From a virus (taxonomy: Duplodnaviria; Caudoviricetes), in IMG/VR virus record IMGVR_UViG_3300018080_000024, positions 1 to 55,666 of that record: a stretch of DNA of 55,666 bases; one strand, given 5' to 3'. Position numbers and translations under genes: made by a program. The notes beneath the pieces are model-generated. The model did not search any database and was not told the origin of the DNA. It worked only from the letters and a program-made list of their open reading frames with translations. The stretch's first letter is position 1; every line of letters starts with the position of its first letter. Shown here in pieces: positions 34,190 to 43,367 of this stretch.

Positions 34190-35685
34190 ACTTGCATCCG
34201 GCGGCGGAGAGTAGGGCTATCAGCATAAGCACGGCATTGAATATTCCCGCGAACATGGGAACGCTAGAATATCGACGCAGCTATAAGGCAGGCGGTCAAG
34301 TAGAGGTAGCTCAATCGGGGTGTGATAGACCATCGCTTACAATCACCAAGGCGAGAAACTTTAGCGGCAAGCGATATGGAGACAAGGTCGCTAGTCTGGA
34401 CAAGCCTATCGGCACAATTACAAGGTTAAGCAGATGGTTTCTTACAGAACAGGAAGAGTTTAGCCTTGATGCGTATAAGCGATTGGCAAGCTATCCGGAC
34501 AGGTTTCAATTTATAGGGGAGAGCAGCGGCAAGTCACGCATCGGCAACAGCGTCCCACCTTTGTTCATGCGTGCCATAGCGGCAAGAATCAGCGAGAGGC
34601 TTTTTGGCAAGATGACATGGAAGCCAGAATACACGGGCGACTATCCGGCGCTTCTTGACGAAGCGTGGCAGCAGCACCTCGCGCCGCGAGAGCCAGACGC
34701 GCCGACGGTTATCAGCACCTTTGCGGGGTGCGGCGGTTCGTCGCTGGGCTATAGCATGGCCGGATACCGCGAGCTGTTGGCCGTCGAATGGGACGACAAT
34801 GCCGGGGCGACGTTCAAGCTCAACTTTCCCGGCGTGCCGGTGTATCACGGTGACATAGCCAAACTGAGCGTTGAACAGTGCCTAGAGATGGCGCAGATAG
34901 AACCGGGCGAGCTGGACGTGCTAGACGGTTCGCCGCCATGCCAAGGCTTCAGCACGGCGGGCAAGCGCGACATGGACGACGATCGCAACCAGCTATTCCG
35001 CGAGTACGCGCGCCTCTTGCGCGGGCTGAGGCCCAGGGCGTTTGTCATGGAGAACGTAAGCGGGCTAGTCAAGGGCAAGATGAAACTGATATTCGCCGAG
35101 ATCATGCGCGAGCTGAAGGCTAGCGGCTACAAGGTGTCATGCCGCCTGATGAATGCCATGTATTTCCATGTGCCGCAAAGCCGACAACGGCTGATCTTTA
35201 TCGGCGTGCGTGATGATCTGGCGGCAGAGCCGGGGCATCCGGGGGCGGGGGCAAAGCCGATCATAGTGAGGTGTGCGCTCAAAGGGTTGAATCAAACCAA
35301 AAAGAATGCGGCGCTAGGGCATTGCTGGATTGACGCGAAGCCCGGGAGCAAAACCGCAATGGCATTAGCGCAAACGCCAGAAGGGGCGCGGTTGCGCGGG
35401 TTTGCAATGGCGCGGCGTTTAGCGTGGGGACAGGTGGCGGGCACCATTCAGACCGGCGGGTGTGCTCCTGGCTATCCCGGTTCTTCTTGGCCATCCCATC
35501 CTACAGAGCCGCGAGGGATAAGCACGAGAGAGGCAGCCCGCCTAGCGTCATACCCGGATGCGTTTGAGTTTCGTGACTGGCGCGATGGGGCCAAGCGCAT
35601 CGGCAATAGCGTCCCGCCGCTTTTCATGCGGGCCATAGCGCAGCATGTGCGCAATGAGGTTTTGAACGCACACCGTGAACACTAA
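34177..35685 (+). CDS. DNA (cytosine-5)-methyltransferase with extra N-terminal TRD and motif IX/X copy
   Basis: Motif I FAGCGG, IV GSPPCQGFS, VI ENV, VIII QSRQR; RLASYPD...RIGNSVPPLFMRAIA occurs twice. Confidence 0.92.
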   Translation: MAEIDLHPAAESRAISISTALNIPANMGTLEYRRSYKAGGQVEVAQSGCDRPSLTITKARNFSGKRYGDKVASLDKPIGTITRLSRWFLTEQEEFSLDAYKRLASYPDRFQFIGESSGKSRIGNSVPPLFMRAIAARISERLFGKMTWKPEYTGDYPALLDEAWQQHLAPREPDAPTVISTFAGCGGSSLGYSMAGYRELLAVEWDDNAGATFKLNFPGVPVYHGDIAKLSVEQCLEMAQIEPGELDVLDGSPPCQGFSTAGKRDMDDDRNQLFREYARLLRGLRPRAFVMENVSGLVKGKMKLIFAEIMRELKASGYKVSCRLMNAMYFHVPQSRQRLIFIGVRDDLAAEPGHPGAGAKPIIVRCALKGLNQTKKNAALGHCWIDAKPGSKTAMALAQTPEGARLRGFAMARRLAWGQVAGTIQTGGCAPGYPGSSWPSHPTEPRGISTREAARLASYPDAFEFRDWRDGAKRIGNSVPPLFMRAIAQHVRNEVLNAHREH

Positions 35686-35770
35686 GCACCGCTCTCACCA
35701 GGCGATCATCGACCTGCGCCGTGTGCGCGTGGCGCGCAGCTGGTGTTTGCGGAAAGAGGGGGAATCCGTC

Positions 35771-37357
35771 ATGACGGTATCGGCCCCTGAGACGCTCGCA
35801 AAGGCGATCCTCGCTCGACGCAAGAAGGCGGGGCAATACGTCCTGCCGTCGGAACGCTACCGCGAGTTTGGGCGACGCTATTACAACCGTCGGGCCGACT
35901 TCATGCGCGACATCATCCGCTGGCCCAAGCCGACGGAGCAGTGGGCGGATTATCAATTGGATCTAGCGGCGACGCTGGACCACGAGGACTGGCTCGCCGC
36001 TCGCGGGTCACGAGGGCTAGGCAAGACGGCGGTGGAGGCGGCGCTGGTACACCACTTTGCGCTCACTCGTGACGCCCTAGAGCTCGACTGGAAGGGCATC
36101 ACCACCGCCTCCATCGGCCAGCAGCTCACGCTCTACCTATGGCCCGAGATTCACAAGCAAGCACGGATGATTGATTGGCGTAAGGTAGGACGGGAGCCAT
36201 ACCGAGACCGGGGCTCTCACATCGAGCTGATGAAGACCCAGCTGCGCCTCCGAACGGGCCAGTGGGCGTCAGTGATCAGTCCGGACGCAGACCGGCAAGA
36301 AGGCGCTCACGCCGACGAGATGATGCTCATATTCACCGAGGCCAAGATCATCCCGGCGGGCGTCTGGGACAGCGCCGAGGGCTACTTCTCTACCGATGGC
36401 GTAGGCAAGTGGATCGCCTTCAGCACACCTAGCGGCGGCTCCGGACGCTTCTATGAGATATTCCAACGACGGCCTGGACTCCAGCGCTGGGCCACGCGGC
36501 GGATCACGCTACATGAGGCTATTGCCGCTGGCCGGGTCAGTGCGGAGTGGGCCGAGAACCTACGCCTGCGGCTGGGCGAGGACCATCCCTTGTACCAGGC
36601 GCAGGTGCTCGGCGAGTTCGCGTCCGACGAGGAGGATGGGGTCATCCCGCTCATGTGGGTAGAGCAGGCCATCGAGCGGAACGATAGCAAGGACCCGGAG
36701 TCGCCGGTGGTCGCGCTGGCCTTTGACGTCGGCGGCGGCAAGGCCGGGAACGACGCCAGCACCATCGCCATGCTTACGGCGGACCGGCGGGTGCTACCGC
36801 TTGTCAAGATCGAGGCAGCCCACGATCCGTCGGTGGCGACCATGGAGCTGGTTGGGATCGTGGCCGGGCTGATCCGCAAACATCAAGCGACCTTGCGGCA
36901 CGCCAACGGCGACATCAACGGGATAGGGGCAGGCGTCGTTCACCGGCTCCGTGAGATGGGCTTTCGCGTCTTTGGCTTCAACGCCGCCGCTCGCACGGAC
37001 CGCATAGATGATGCTGGTATGCTCGGGTTCGCCAACGTGCGCGCCGGGGCGTGGTGGGCGACGCGAGAGCTTCTAGACCCACAGCAAGGCGCAAAGGTGG
37101 GGTTGCCCGATGATGACGACCTGAAGGCAGATCTAGTGTCCACGCGGCTGAAGCGTATCACCTCGGCGAGCCGTCGAGTCATGGAGGACAAGGATGCGAT
37201 CCGCAAGCGCATTGGACGATCCCCGGATGCCGGTGACGCCGTTGTCCAGGTACTCACGGGGGTGCTGTTTGAAGAGGAGGCTATGGCCGGACAGAACGCT
37301 GGGCCGGTAGAGATATACCGGCGAGGGCTGGAGCGCGGGCCTAGCCGTGGATACTGA
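35771..37357 (+). CDS. terL: Terminase large subunit
   Basis: Walker A RGLGKT, Walker B-like LIFTEA, STP coupling motif, QVLGEF, nuclease AFDVG...ND, DINGIG.GV and SPDAGDA. Confidence 0.9.
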   Translation: MTVSAPETLAKAILARRKKAGQYVLPSERYREFGRRYYNRRADFMRDIIRWPKPTEQWADYQLDLAATLDHEDWLAARGSRGLGKTAVEAALVHHFALTRDALELDWKGITTASIGQQLTLYLWPEIHKQARMIDWRKVGREPYRDRGSHIELMKTQLRLRTGQWASVISPDADRQEGAHADEMMLIFTEAKIIPAGVWDSAEGYFSTDGVGKWIAFSTPSGGSGRFYEIFQRRPGLQRWATRRITLHEAIAAGRVSAEWAENLRLRLGEDHPLYQAQVLGEFASDEEDGVIPLMWVEQAIERNDSKDPESPVVALAFDVGGGKAGNDASTIAMLTADRRVLPLVKIEAAHDPSVATMELVGIVAGLIRKHQATLRHANGDINGIGAGVVHRLREMGFRVFGFNAAARTDRIDDAGMLGFANVRAGAWWATRELLDPQQGAKVGLPDDDDLKADLVSTRLKRITSASRRVMEDKDAIRKRIGRSPDAGDAVVQVLTGVLFEEEAMAGQNAGPVEIYRRGLERGPSRGY

Positions 37358-37411
37358 GAACGTGGGCGACGCGGAGCATGATTGTGTGGAGTTGGAGGCG
37401 GGGGTGGCGGA

Positions 37412-38164
37412 GTGAGGGCGGAGATGGTGTGCGGCGACTGTCTGGATCTGATGCGGGACATGTCCGATGGGTCGGTGGATGCCGTGATCGCCGATCCGCC
37501 GTATGGGATCGGTTTCCAGTATAGCCAGCACGATGATACTCCGGACGGATACGGCGAATGGTTGTGGAAGTGCATAGAATTGGCAGAGAGCAAGTGCAAG
37601 CCAGGCTCACCGGTTTTCGTTTGGCAGGCCATGCCAAACGTACGGCTTTTGGCCGCATGGTTCCCGCGCAAATGGCGACTGTTCGCGGCCTGCAAAAACT
37701 TTGTACAGATGCGGCCAACGGTCATGCAATATGCTTTTGACCCGGTCGTGGTCTGGTGGACTGCGGGAGATACATACAGCGCAGGGACGCTGAGCCGCGA
37801 CTGGCATATCGGGAACACGGCCAACACCATCAACCGTGGCGCGGGCAATGCCGGAGGCCATCCGTGCGCTAGGCCGCTAGGGCAGGTTACACACATCGTG
37901 AACCAGTGGGTTCGGCCAGGCGGCACGGTGCTCGATCCATTCATGGGCTCCGGCACCACCGGCGTCGCCTGCGTGCAGACCGGGCGCTCATTCGTCGGCA
38001 TGGAGATTGACCCGGCCTACTTTGAGATTGCCCAGCGTCGCATCGCCAAGGCGCAGATGCAACCGCTACTAACCGGCATCACCGACCCGAAAGAGCTGCG
38101 CAAGGCAGCGGGGCGTCTGGAGTCGCTGCCACTGCTAGAGATGATGGAGGCGAATGAGACATGA
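37412..38164 (+). CDS. DNA N6-adenine/N4-cytosine methyltransferase (beta class)
   Basis: GDCLDLM, DPPY, HPCARP and VLDPFMGSGTTG motifs. Confidence 0.92.
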   Translation: MRAEMVCGDCLDLMRDMSDGSVDAVIADPPYGIGFQYSQHDDTPDGYGEWLWKCIELAESKCKPGSPVFVWQAMPNVRLLAAWFPRKWRLFAACKNFVQMRPTVMQYAFDPVVVWWTAGDTYSAGTLSRDWHIGNTANTINRGAGNAGGHPCARPLGQVTHIVNQWVRPGGTVLDPFMGSGTTGVACVQTGRSFVGMEIDPAYFEIAQRRIAKAQMQPLLTGITDPKELRKAAGRLESLPLLEMMEANET

Positions 38165-38334
38165 AGACCTGTTGGCTCGTATCGCTGACGACGCTGTTGG
38201 TGGCGGCGTTGCTTGTCTGGGCAGTAGCGACAGAGCGGTTGAGCCCTCCGCCGATTCCTATCACGCCGGTCCCCACGGCGTATCCGCAACCCATACGGAC
38301 CGCCACGCCGGGAGTCGTGACGCCGTATCCGTAG
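38161..38334 (+). CDS. Small membrane peptide with Pro/Thr-rich tail
   Basis: MKTCWLVSLTTLLVAALLVW...PITPVPTAYPQP...TPYP, 57 aa, ATGA-coupled. Confidence 0.55.
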   Translation: MKTCWLVSLTTLLVAALLVWAVATERLSPPPIPITPVPTAYPQPIRTATPGVVTPYP

Positions 38335-38359
38335 GCGATTATCAATCAGGAGGTGAGGC

Positions 38360-40168
38360 ATGGCGTCCATACTGAGCAAGGCGTGGGACCGGGTAAGCGG
38401 CAACAAAGGGCTGCGCGATGAGCTAGGCGAGGCGATCCGCATTGCTGAGGCCCAGCGCGACTTCTACCGTGACCTCCAGAGTGCCTACCCGATGTCGTTG
38501 GTGCCTGGCGAGATGCGGGACCGGCTGACGGAGATGCGCGAGACCGGGACGCTGGCCCAACGCCTGCGGTACCAAAGCGACGAGTGGGAGGTGGTGGCGT
38601 CGTTGGGCGGGTCCCCTCTGAATATGCACGAGCGCCTCAAGCTAGTGCGCCTGTGCCGCGTCCTGTACGCCAAGTGCGGCAATGCTCGCGGAACGATCCG
38701 CACCTGGACCAACTTCGGCTTCGGCCACGAGCTCGATGTCACGGCCCATGACGTGCGGCTGGCTCAGGAACGGGCGGCAGCGAGAACGCGAGCCATGTGG
38801 CGGGGCGCGGGACTATCCGAGGCCAGCACGACCACGCGCAAGCGGATCGTTGAGGCCGAAGCTGACGCAGATCCGGTATCCGCCTGGTGGGGCGAGTTCT
38901 GGGGGGCGACGCGAAACCGTCCGTGGCTGGGCTCGCATCGGCGATACCTCCTGAGCGACAAGCTCCTGACCGACGGGGAGTATTGGCTCATCGTCTTCAC
39001 CAACAAGGCCACCGGGCGCTCTACGTTGCGGCTCGTGCCGTGTGACGAGATCACGGAGATCGTCACCTCACCGGACGACCCGGACATGGGCCTGTGGTAC
39101 AAACGCGAGTACACTGACACGAACAATGTCCGCCAGTGCGTCTACTATCGCGACTGGAAGGTGCCACCACCGGACGTTGACGAGGAGTCGCCGCTATTGG
39201 TGGTGGAGGCAGACGACGCCCTGCCCAGTGATGCAGTGCGGGCGGACCTCCAGAATCCTGACGTTGACGTTTGCGCGATACATGTGGCCTATGAGATCGT
39301 GGAGGGACGCGGGAGCCCGCTGCTATCGTCGAGCGTGTACTGGCTCATTCAGTACGAGGACTTCGCCCAAGACCTCATGTCGCTGGCGGCAGCCAACGCC
39401 ACCTATGCGCGGTGGCTCCAGCACAAGGGCGGATCGCGAGCGACAGGGGCACTTCAACAGCTTCTCAACAGTAGCCTCGTCGCAGGTGGAGCGTCGGGCA
39501 CGGGCGAGACCAACCCGCGGCCTATCGCTGGATCCACGGCCATCAGCAATGAGGCCGTGGATATGCGCGAGGCCCCCATCAGCCGGGCAGCGTCGGAGGC
39601 GACGTCAACACGCGACATGGCAGCAGCGATGGCCGCGTTCGGGGCTGGGCTGTTCCCGCACTGGTGGGGCCTCGGTGACGCCTACCGTCTTGCGACGGCG
39701 ACGGCGATGGAGGTGCCGCTGCTGCGCAACTTCGAGCGGTACCAAGCTTTCTGGCGATCCGTGTTCACCGACTTGGTCAACGTCGTGCTGGATCAGGCCG
39801 CGCGGTACGGTGGCCTCGACAGCCCCCAGGACAGCCGAGACGTGGACACCTCGATGCGCGCTTTGCTGGACACTGACCTCGGGCAGTTCGCATCAGCCAT
39901 CCAAGCCTTCGCCGACTATCTGCCCGAGGACATGATCCGCAGGCTGGCGCTCCAGGCGCTCAACGTCCCGAACGCCGAGGACATACTGGAGCAAGTAGAC
40001 GTTGATGCCGCCACGCAGGACCAAGCAGCGGAACGGTTGGCCACGGCGATCCACGATGCAACTCACATGCTGGAGGACCTAGCGAATGAGACCAACGGTG
40101 ACGATGATCGTGAAGCTGTCAAGATGGTTGCGGCGGCCCTCCGACGGTATAGCGGAGAGCACGACTGA
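38360..40168 (+). CDS. Portal protein
   Basis: 602 aa after TerL; DGEY, GRGSPLL, LFPHWWG and ATATAME motifs; synteny. Confidence 0.8.
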   Translation: MASILSKAWDRVSGNKGLRDELGEAIRIAEAQRDFYRDLQSAYPMSLVPGEMRDRLTEMRETGTLAQRLRYQSDEWEVVASLGGSPLNMHERLKLVRLCRVLYAKCGNARGTIRTWTNFGFGHELDVTAHDVRLAQERAAARTRAMWRGAGLSEASTTTRKRIVEAEADADPVSAWWGEFWGATRNRPWLGSHRRYLLSDKLLTDGEYWLIVFTNKATGRSTLRLVPCDEITEIVTSPDDPDMGLWYKREYTDTNNVRQCVYYRDWKVPPPDVDEESPLLVVEADDALPSDAVRADLQNPDVDVCAIHVAYEIVEGRGSPLLSSSVYWLIQYEDFAQDLMSLAAANATYARWLQHKGGSRATGALQQLLNSSLVAGGASGTGETNPRPIAGSTAISNEAVDMREAPISRAASEATSTRDMAAAMAAFGAGLFPHWWGLGDAYRLATATAMEVPLLRNFERYQAFWRSVFTDLVNVVLDQAARYGGLDSPQDSRDVDTSMRALLDTDLGQFASAIQAFADYLPEDMIRRLALQALNVPNAEDILEQVDVDAATQDQAAERLATAIHDATHMLEDLANETNGDDDREAVKMVAAALRRYSGEHD

Positions 40169-40880
40169 GCCGACCGCGACGGATGCGCTGCGCCACGCCG
40201 CCCGCTACGGAGAGCTACTGCGCTGGAGCCTGCGCGAGGCAGTGGGCGACACCGCCTTCGGCAACTATGCGCGCCGCACCAAGGAGGAGTACTGCGAGCG
40301 CCTCCAGAAGGCCTTCCGCGAGGGCTGGTACGGGTTCGATGACATCAGTGTGTTCATCGATGAGGTAGAGCGCATGGCGGGCGCGTTCCTGTACGCCGCG
40401 TTCCTCCAGGGCTTTGAGGCCGAGGGTATCAAGCCTGACGAGCTTACCGTCACCGAGCTCGCTATCATCGAGCAGTACCTGGCTGAGCAGATTGCACACC
40501 TTCCAGCAACAGCCGCCTGGCTGGAGGCCGGCCAGGTCCAGTACTTCAACCGGGATGGGCCACAAGGCGGACACTCGCGAACCGCCGTGGATGCGCGGTC
40601 ACAGATGTGGTGTAACCGATGGAACGACGCGCTCAACCAAGGCCGGTTGCTAGGGGCCAAGGACCAAAAGCTCATGTGGCACCTTGGCCCCACCGAGCAC
40701 TGCTCGGACTGCCTCAGCTATGATGGGCGGGTGTACCGAGCGAGCACCTGGGCACGCTGGGACATTCGGCCTCAGCATTCTAGCCTGGCCTGTCACGGGT
40801 ACAATTGTCAATGTCGGTTGGTATCCACCGACTCCCCCATAACACCCGGACGACCACCTAAGATGACGGGAGGAGCATGA
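40086..40880 (+). CDS. Head morphogenesis (MuF-like) protein
   Basis: W.LGPTEHCSDC...GRVY...LACHGYNCQCRL; follows portal; start uncertain. Confidence 0.7.
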   Translation: MRPTVTMIVKLSRWLRRPSDGIAESTTEPTATDALRHAARYGELLRWSLREAVGDTAFGNYARRTKEEYCERLQKAFREGWYGFDDISVFIDEVERMAGAFLYAAFLQGFEAEGIKPDELTVTELAIIEQYLAEQIAHLPATAAWLEAGQVQYFNRDGPQGGHSRTAVDARSQMWCNRWNDALNQGRLLGAKDQKLMWHLGPTEHCSDCLSYDGRVYRASTWARWDIRPQHSSLACHGYNCQCRLVSTDSPITPGRPPKMTGGA

Positions 40881-41278
40881 TGAGAGCGTTGAGTGGGTTG
40901 AGCGCCGTGCTAGGCCGTTCCACCAAAACGGCGCAGAGCGGGGCTACAGCGACGGCGGCCCAGAAAGCCGCAGCCCTTCAGAAGGAGCGCACGGACCGGG
41001 TGCTGGCTCTACTCGATGCGGTCAAGGGGAGCTCTAGTCCAGACGACCTCCACCGCGTAGGGGTCCTGGCGGCGAACGACGAGGCATACGACAACCTCAA
41101 AGCGGCTGCGGCCACGTTGGGGCTGATTTTACGGGACGCGATCCCGCCCCAACTCCGGACCTTGCGCGAGGCGATGGACGGATTGGTCGACATCTTCGGT
41201 AGCCTACTCACGGTAGCCTATGCTGCTGGCGCGATACGAGCATCACGACGACGCTCCACGAAACGGAGGCGGCGATGA
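40877..41278 (+). CDS. Hypothetical protein
   Basis: 133 aa, ATGA-coupled. Confidence 0.55.
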   Translation: MMRALSGLSAVLGRSTKTAQSGATATAAQKAAALQKERTDRVLALLDAVKGSSSPDDLHRVGVLAANDEAYDNLKAAAATLGLILRDAIPPQLRTLREAMDGLVDIFGSLLTVAYAAGAIRASRRRSTKRRRR

Positions 41279-41508
41279 GCGCAGTGAGCGAGGCCATAGC
41301 CCGGCGCATCGACCAGTTCGTCTGGGACCGCTGTCAAGGACCCGGGGCCAAGGTGATCGAGCTCCGCGTGCTGGTCGTCGGGGGCTCAGTGTACAAGTGG
41401 CGGCACCCTGAGCGACGGTCGTGGGAGCCCAGTGGTTACGATGCGTCGCAGACTGAGGCGGTCATAGATGATGAGCACGCAGTCTTGCTCCTTACAACGG
41501 CTCCATAG
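41275..41508 (+). CDS. Hypothetical protein
   Basis: 77 aa, SD GGAGG, ATGA-coupled. Confidence 0.55.
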   Translation: MSAVSEAIARRIDQFVWDRCQGPGAKVIELRVLVVGGSVYKWRHPERRSWEPSGYDASQTEAVIDDEHAVLLLTTAP

Positions 41509-41527
41509 TACGTACTCAGTACGTACA

Positions 41528-41564
41528 CCGCCCCGTTCTCACCGGCGGGGCGGCGTCTTTGTTT
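41528..41564 (+). terminator. Repeated GC hairpin terminator, copy 3
   Basis: CCGCCCCGTT-ctcacc-GGCGGGGCGG (two C-to-T changes keep G-U pairs on the + strand), then cgtctttgttt. Confidence 0.7.
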
Positions 41565-41566
41565 CG

Positions 41567-41704
41567 GGAATCTTTACGCAAAATTTACGCAATCTTTACG
41601 GATAGCTATAGACGTAGGTGGGAAACTATGCTATAATATCGTCGTAAGGTTAAGGACGGGAACGGGGATAAGGACCGCCCCCAGACACGCAGAGGAGACG
41701 AACA
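41567..41704 (+). promoter_or_regulatory. Repeated promoter cassette P4
   Basis: Three TTTACG boxes; -35 TAGACG 41609-41614; -10 TATAAT 41632-41637; near-identical to P1. Confidence 0.9.
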
Positions 41705-42010
41705 ATGAGCGCAGCATACTTTGAGACACTCAGCGAAGGTAAGACGCTCAAGCAAGCATTCGATGCTGCAACGAGCAAGGCCAAGATGTTGTACGGGGCA
41801 GGTGGGTACACTGGGACGGTTGCCGAGAAGCGCACGGTTGTTGAGATCACCGAATATAAAGGGCGCGCAGAGAGCACCGCCCGCACGTTCGCTCGCAAGC
41901 TCATCGCCGACGACGACTCTCGAGTAGACGATAAGTGGGGCCCGGCGGGCGCGATTTGTTACAGCAAGAGCAAGGGCAAGTGGCTAATCTTTGGATGGGC
42001 TAGTTCGTAG
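41705..42010 (+). CDS. Hypothetical protein (moron-like stand-alone unit)
   Basis: 101 aa with YG.GGYTGTVAEK...DKWGPAGAI...WLIFGWASS, a conserved-looking phage pattern; own promoter and terminator. Confidence 0.8.
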   Translation: MSAAYFETLSEGKTLKQAFDAATSKAKMLYGAGGYTGTVAEKRTVVEITEYKGRAESTARTFARKLIADDDSRVDDKWGPAGAICYSKSKGKWLIFGWASS

Positions 42011-42028
42011 TGCTGACCCGAGAAAACG

Positions 42029-42057
42029 AGAAGCCGCCTTCGGGCGGCTTCTTTGCT
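42029..42057 (+). terminator. Intrinsic terminator
   Basis: AGAAGCCGCC-TTCG-GGCGGCTTCT then TTGCTT; cUUCGg tetraloop. Confidence 0.85.
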
Positions 42058-42064
42058 TGAGTGC

Positions 42065-42093
42065 TTGCGTTCCGCCAAACAATCTGGTATACT
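42065..42093 (+). promoter_or_regulatory. Sigma70-type promoter for head/tail operon
   Basis: TTGCGT 42065-42070, 17-bp spacer, TGgTATACT (42088-42093). Confidence 0.7.
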
Positions 42094-42274
42094 GGAGACG
42101 TCATCGAGAAGCGTCCCACACTGCTTCATCGTGACCTCCAAGGGTGGCCCCGCCAACCGGCGGGGCGGACAATATCAAGGCCGAACGCCTCGCGACTGAC
42201 TATAGAGTGTCTGGGTAGGAATAGCCCAGGGCGTCTAGTGGACGCCCTGGGCTATTGTGTTGTTGGAGGGGAGC

Positions 42275-42733
42275 ATGCCGCTACACGTCGGTGTTCCGTA
42301 TCAGCAGGTGCTCAGGGCGTCCGCAGCTTTGCCTGCTGCGGGCGCGTGGGATGCGACGCCGACGGAGGTATTCGTCAGTGGAGCCGCCCACCTCACATTC
42401 CACCTCGCCTACACTCGCGGCGCTGCTGGCGGCGCGTTTGATTTTCAATGCTGGTACAGCCCGTACAGCGTAGCAGCGAACGTTCCGACTGGTGCGGAAG
42501 AGTGGCTGGCCATGGCGCTCTATGCGCCAGGCCTGGTCGCCGCAGGTGTCGACTCTCAAAGCCGTGAACAGCGCGAGTATGTGACGTATCAGGCCACCGC
42601 CGCACCTGTTGAGGCTATCGAGTTCGGCCCTGTCAATGTGGGAGGGACCGTAGAGCGAGTGCGGGTCCGAGCACGTGAGAGCGGCGCGGTCGGCAATCCG
42701 GGAACGCTACAGATCGAGCTGACGGCGAGGTAG
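42275..42733 (+). CDS. Putative virion (beta-rich) protein
   Basis: 152 aa from ATG 42275 after SD GGAGGG; Ala/Gly-rich jelly-roll-like composition. Confidence 0.55.
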   Translation: MPLHVGVPYQQVLRASAALPAAGAWDATPTEVFVSGAAHLTFHLAYTRGAAGGAFDFQCWYSPYSVAANVPTGAEEWLAMALYAPGLVAAGVDSQSREQREYVTYQATAAPVEAIEFGPVNVGGTVERVRVRARESGAVGNPGTLQIELTAR

Positions 42734-42742
42734 GAGACGGGC

Positions 42743-43363
42743 ATGCTTCAACCAACAAACCGTGCTGATCGCGAAATCACTGAGACTTTGGATGCGGACA
42801 TTAACCTCGCTGAGGTATCGGGCGCGGCTATCGGCGCGGCCAACCCGGTACCTGCTGCGCCCATCGTAGCTGGAGCCGCGGTCTCCTCCACCAACCGTTT
42901 TCCCGTGACGTCCACGGGCAGCAGCGTTACCGTCTCACAGACGCCGACGATCACCGCTGGCGCGTACGCTGCCGGGAAAGCCGTGGGCGGCAAGCTCACC
43001 TTTGCGAACATGGCGCGGGAGGCGGGCGGCGTCGTCACCCTCCAGAGCGTGACGATCCTGGACAAGGCAGCGCAGTCGGCGCACTTGGTCCTGGTGCTGT
43101 TTGACCGCGACTTCACGGCGACAGCTGATAACGCAGCGTTTGACCCGAGCGATGCGGACCTTGCGCACGTCGTGGCCATTGTCCCTGTGTTCACCTCGGA
43201 CTATCAAGAGTTCGCCGACAACGCCGCGGCCACGGCGAGCAATTTGGGCATCGTCGTCACGCTCAATGGTACGTCGCTATACGGGCAGATGATGTGCGTT
43301 GGCGCACCGACGTATGTCTCGACCAGCGATCTGACCGTCATCGTCAGCGGCTATCAGGACTAG
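42743..43363 (+). CDS. Putative virion protein
   Basis: 206 aa; TPTITAGAYAAG..VGG.LTF...DNAAF...DAD pattern seen in phage structural regions. Confidence 0.6.
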   Translation: MLQPTNRADREITETLDADINLAEVSGAAIGAANPVPAAPIVAGAAVSSTNRFPVTSTGSSVTVSQTPTITAGAYAAGKAVGGKLTFANMAREAGGVVTLQSVTILDKAAQSAHLVLVLFDRDFTATADNAAFDPSDADLAHVVAIVPVFTSDYQEFADNAAATASNLGIVVTLNGTSLYGQMMCVGAPTYVSTSDLTVIVSGYQD

Positions 43364-43367
43364 CGCC

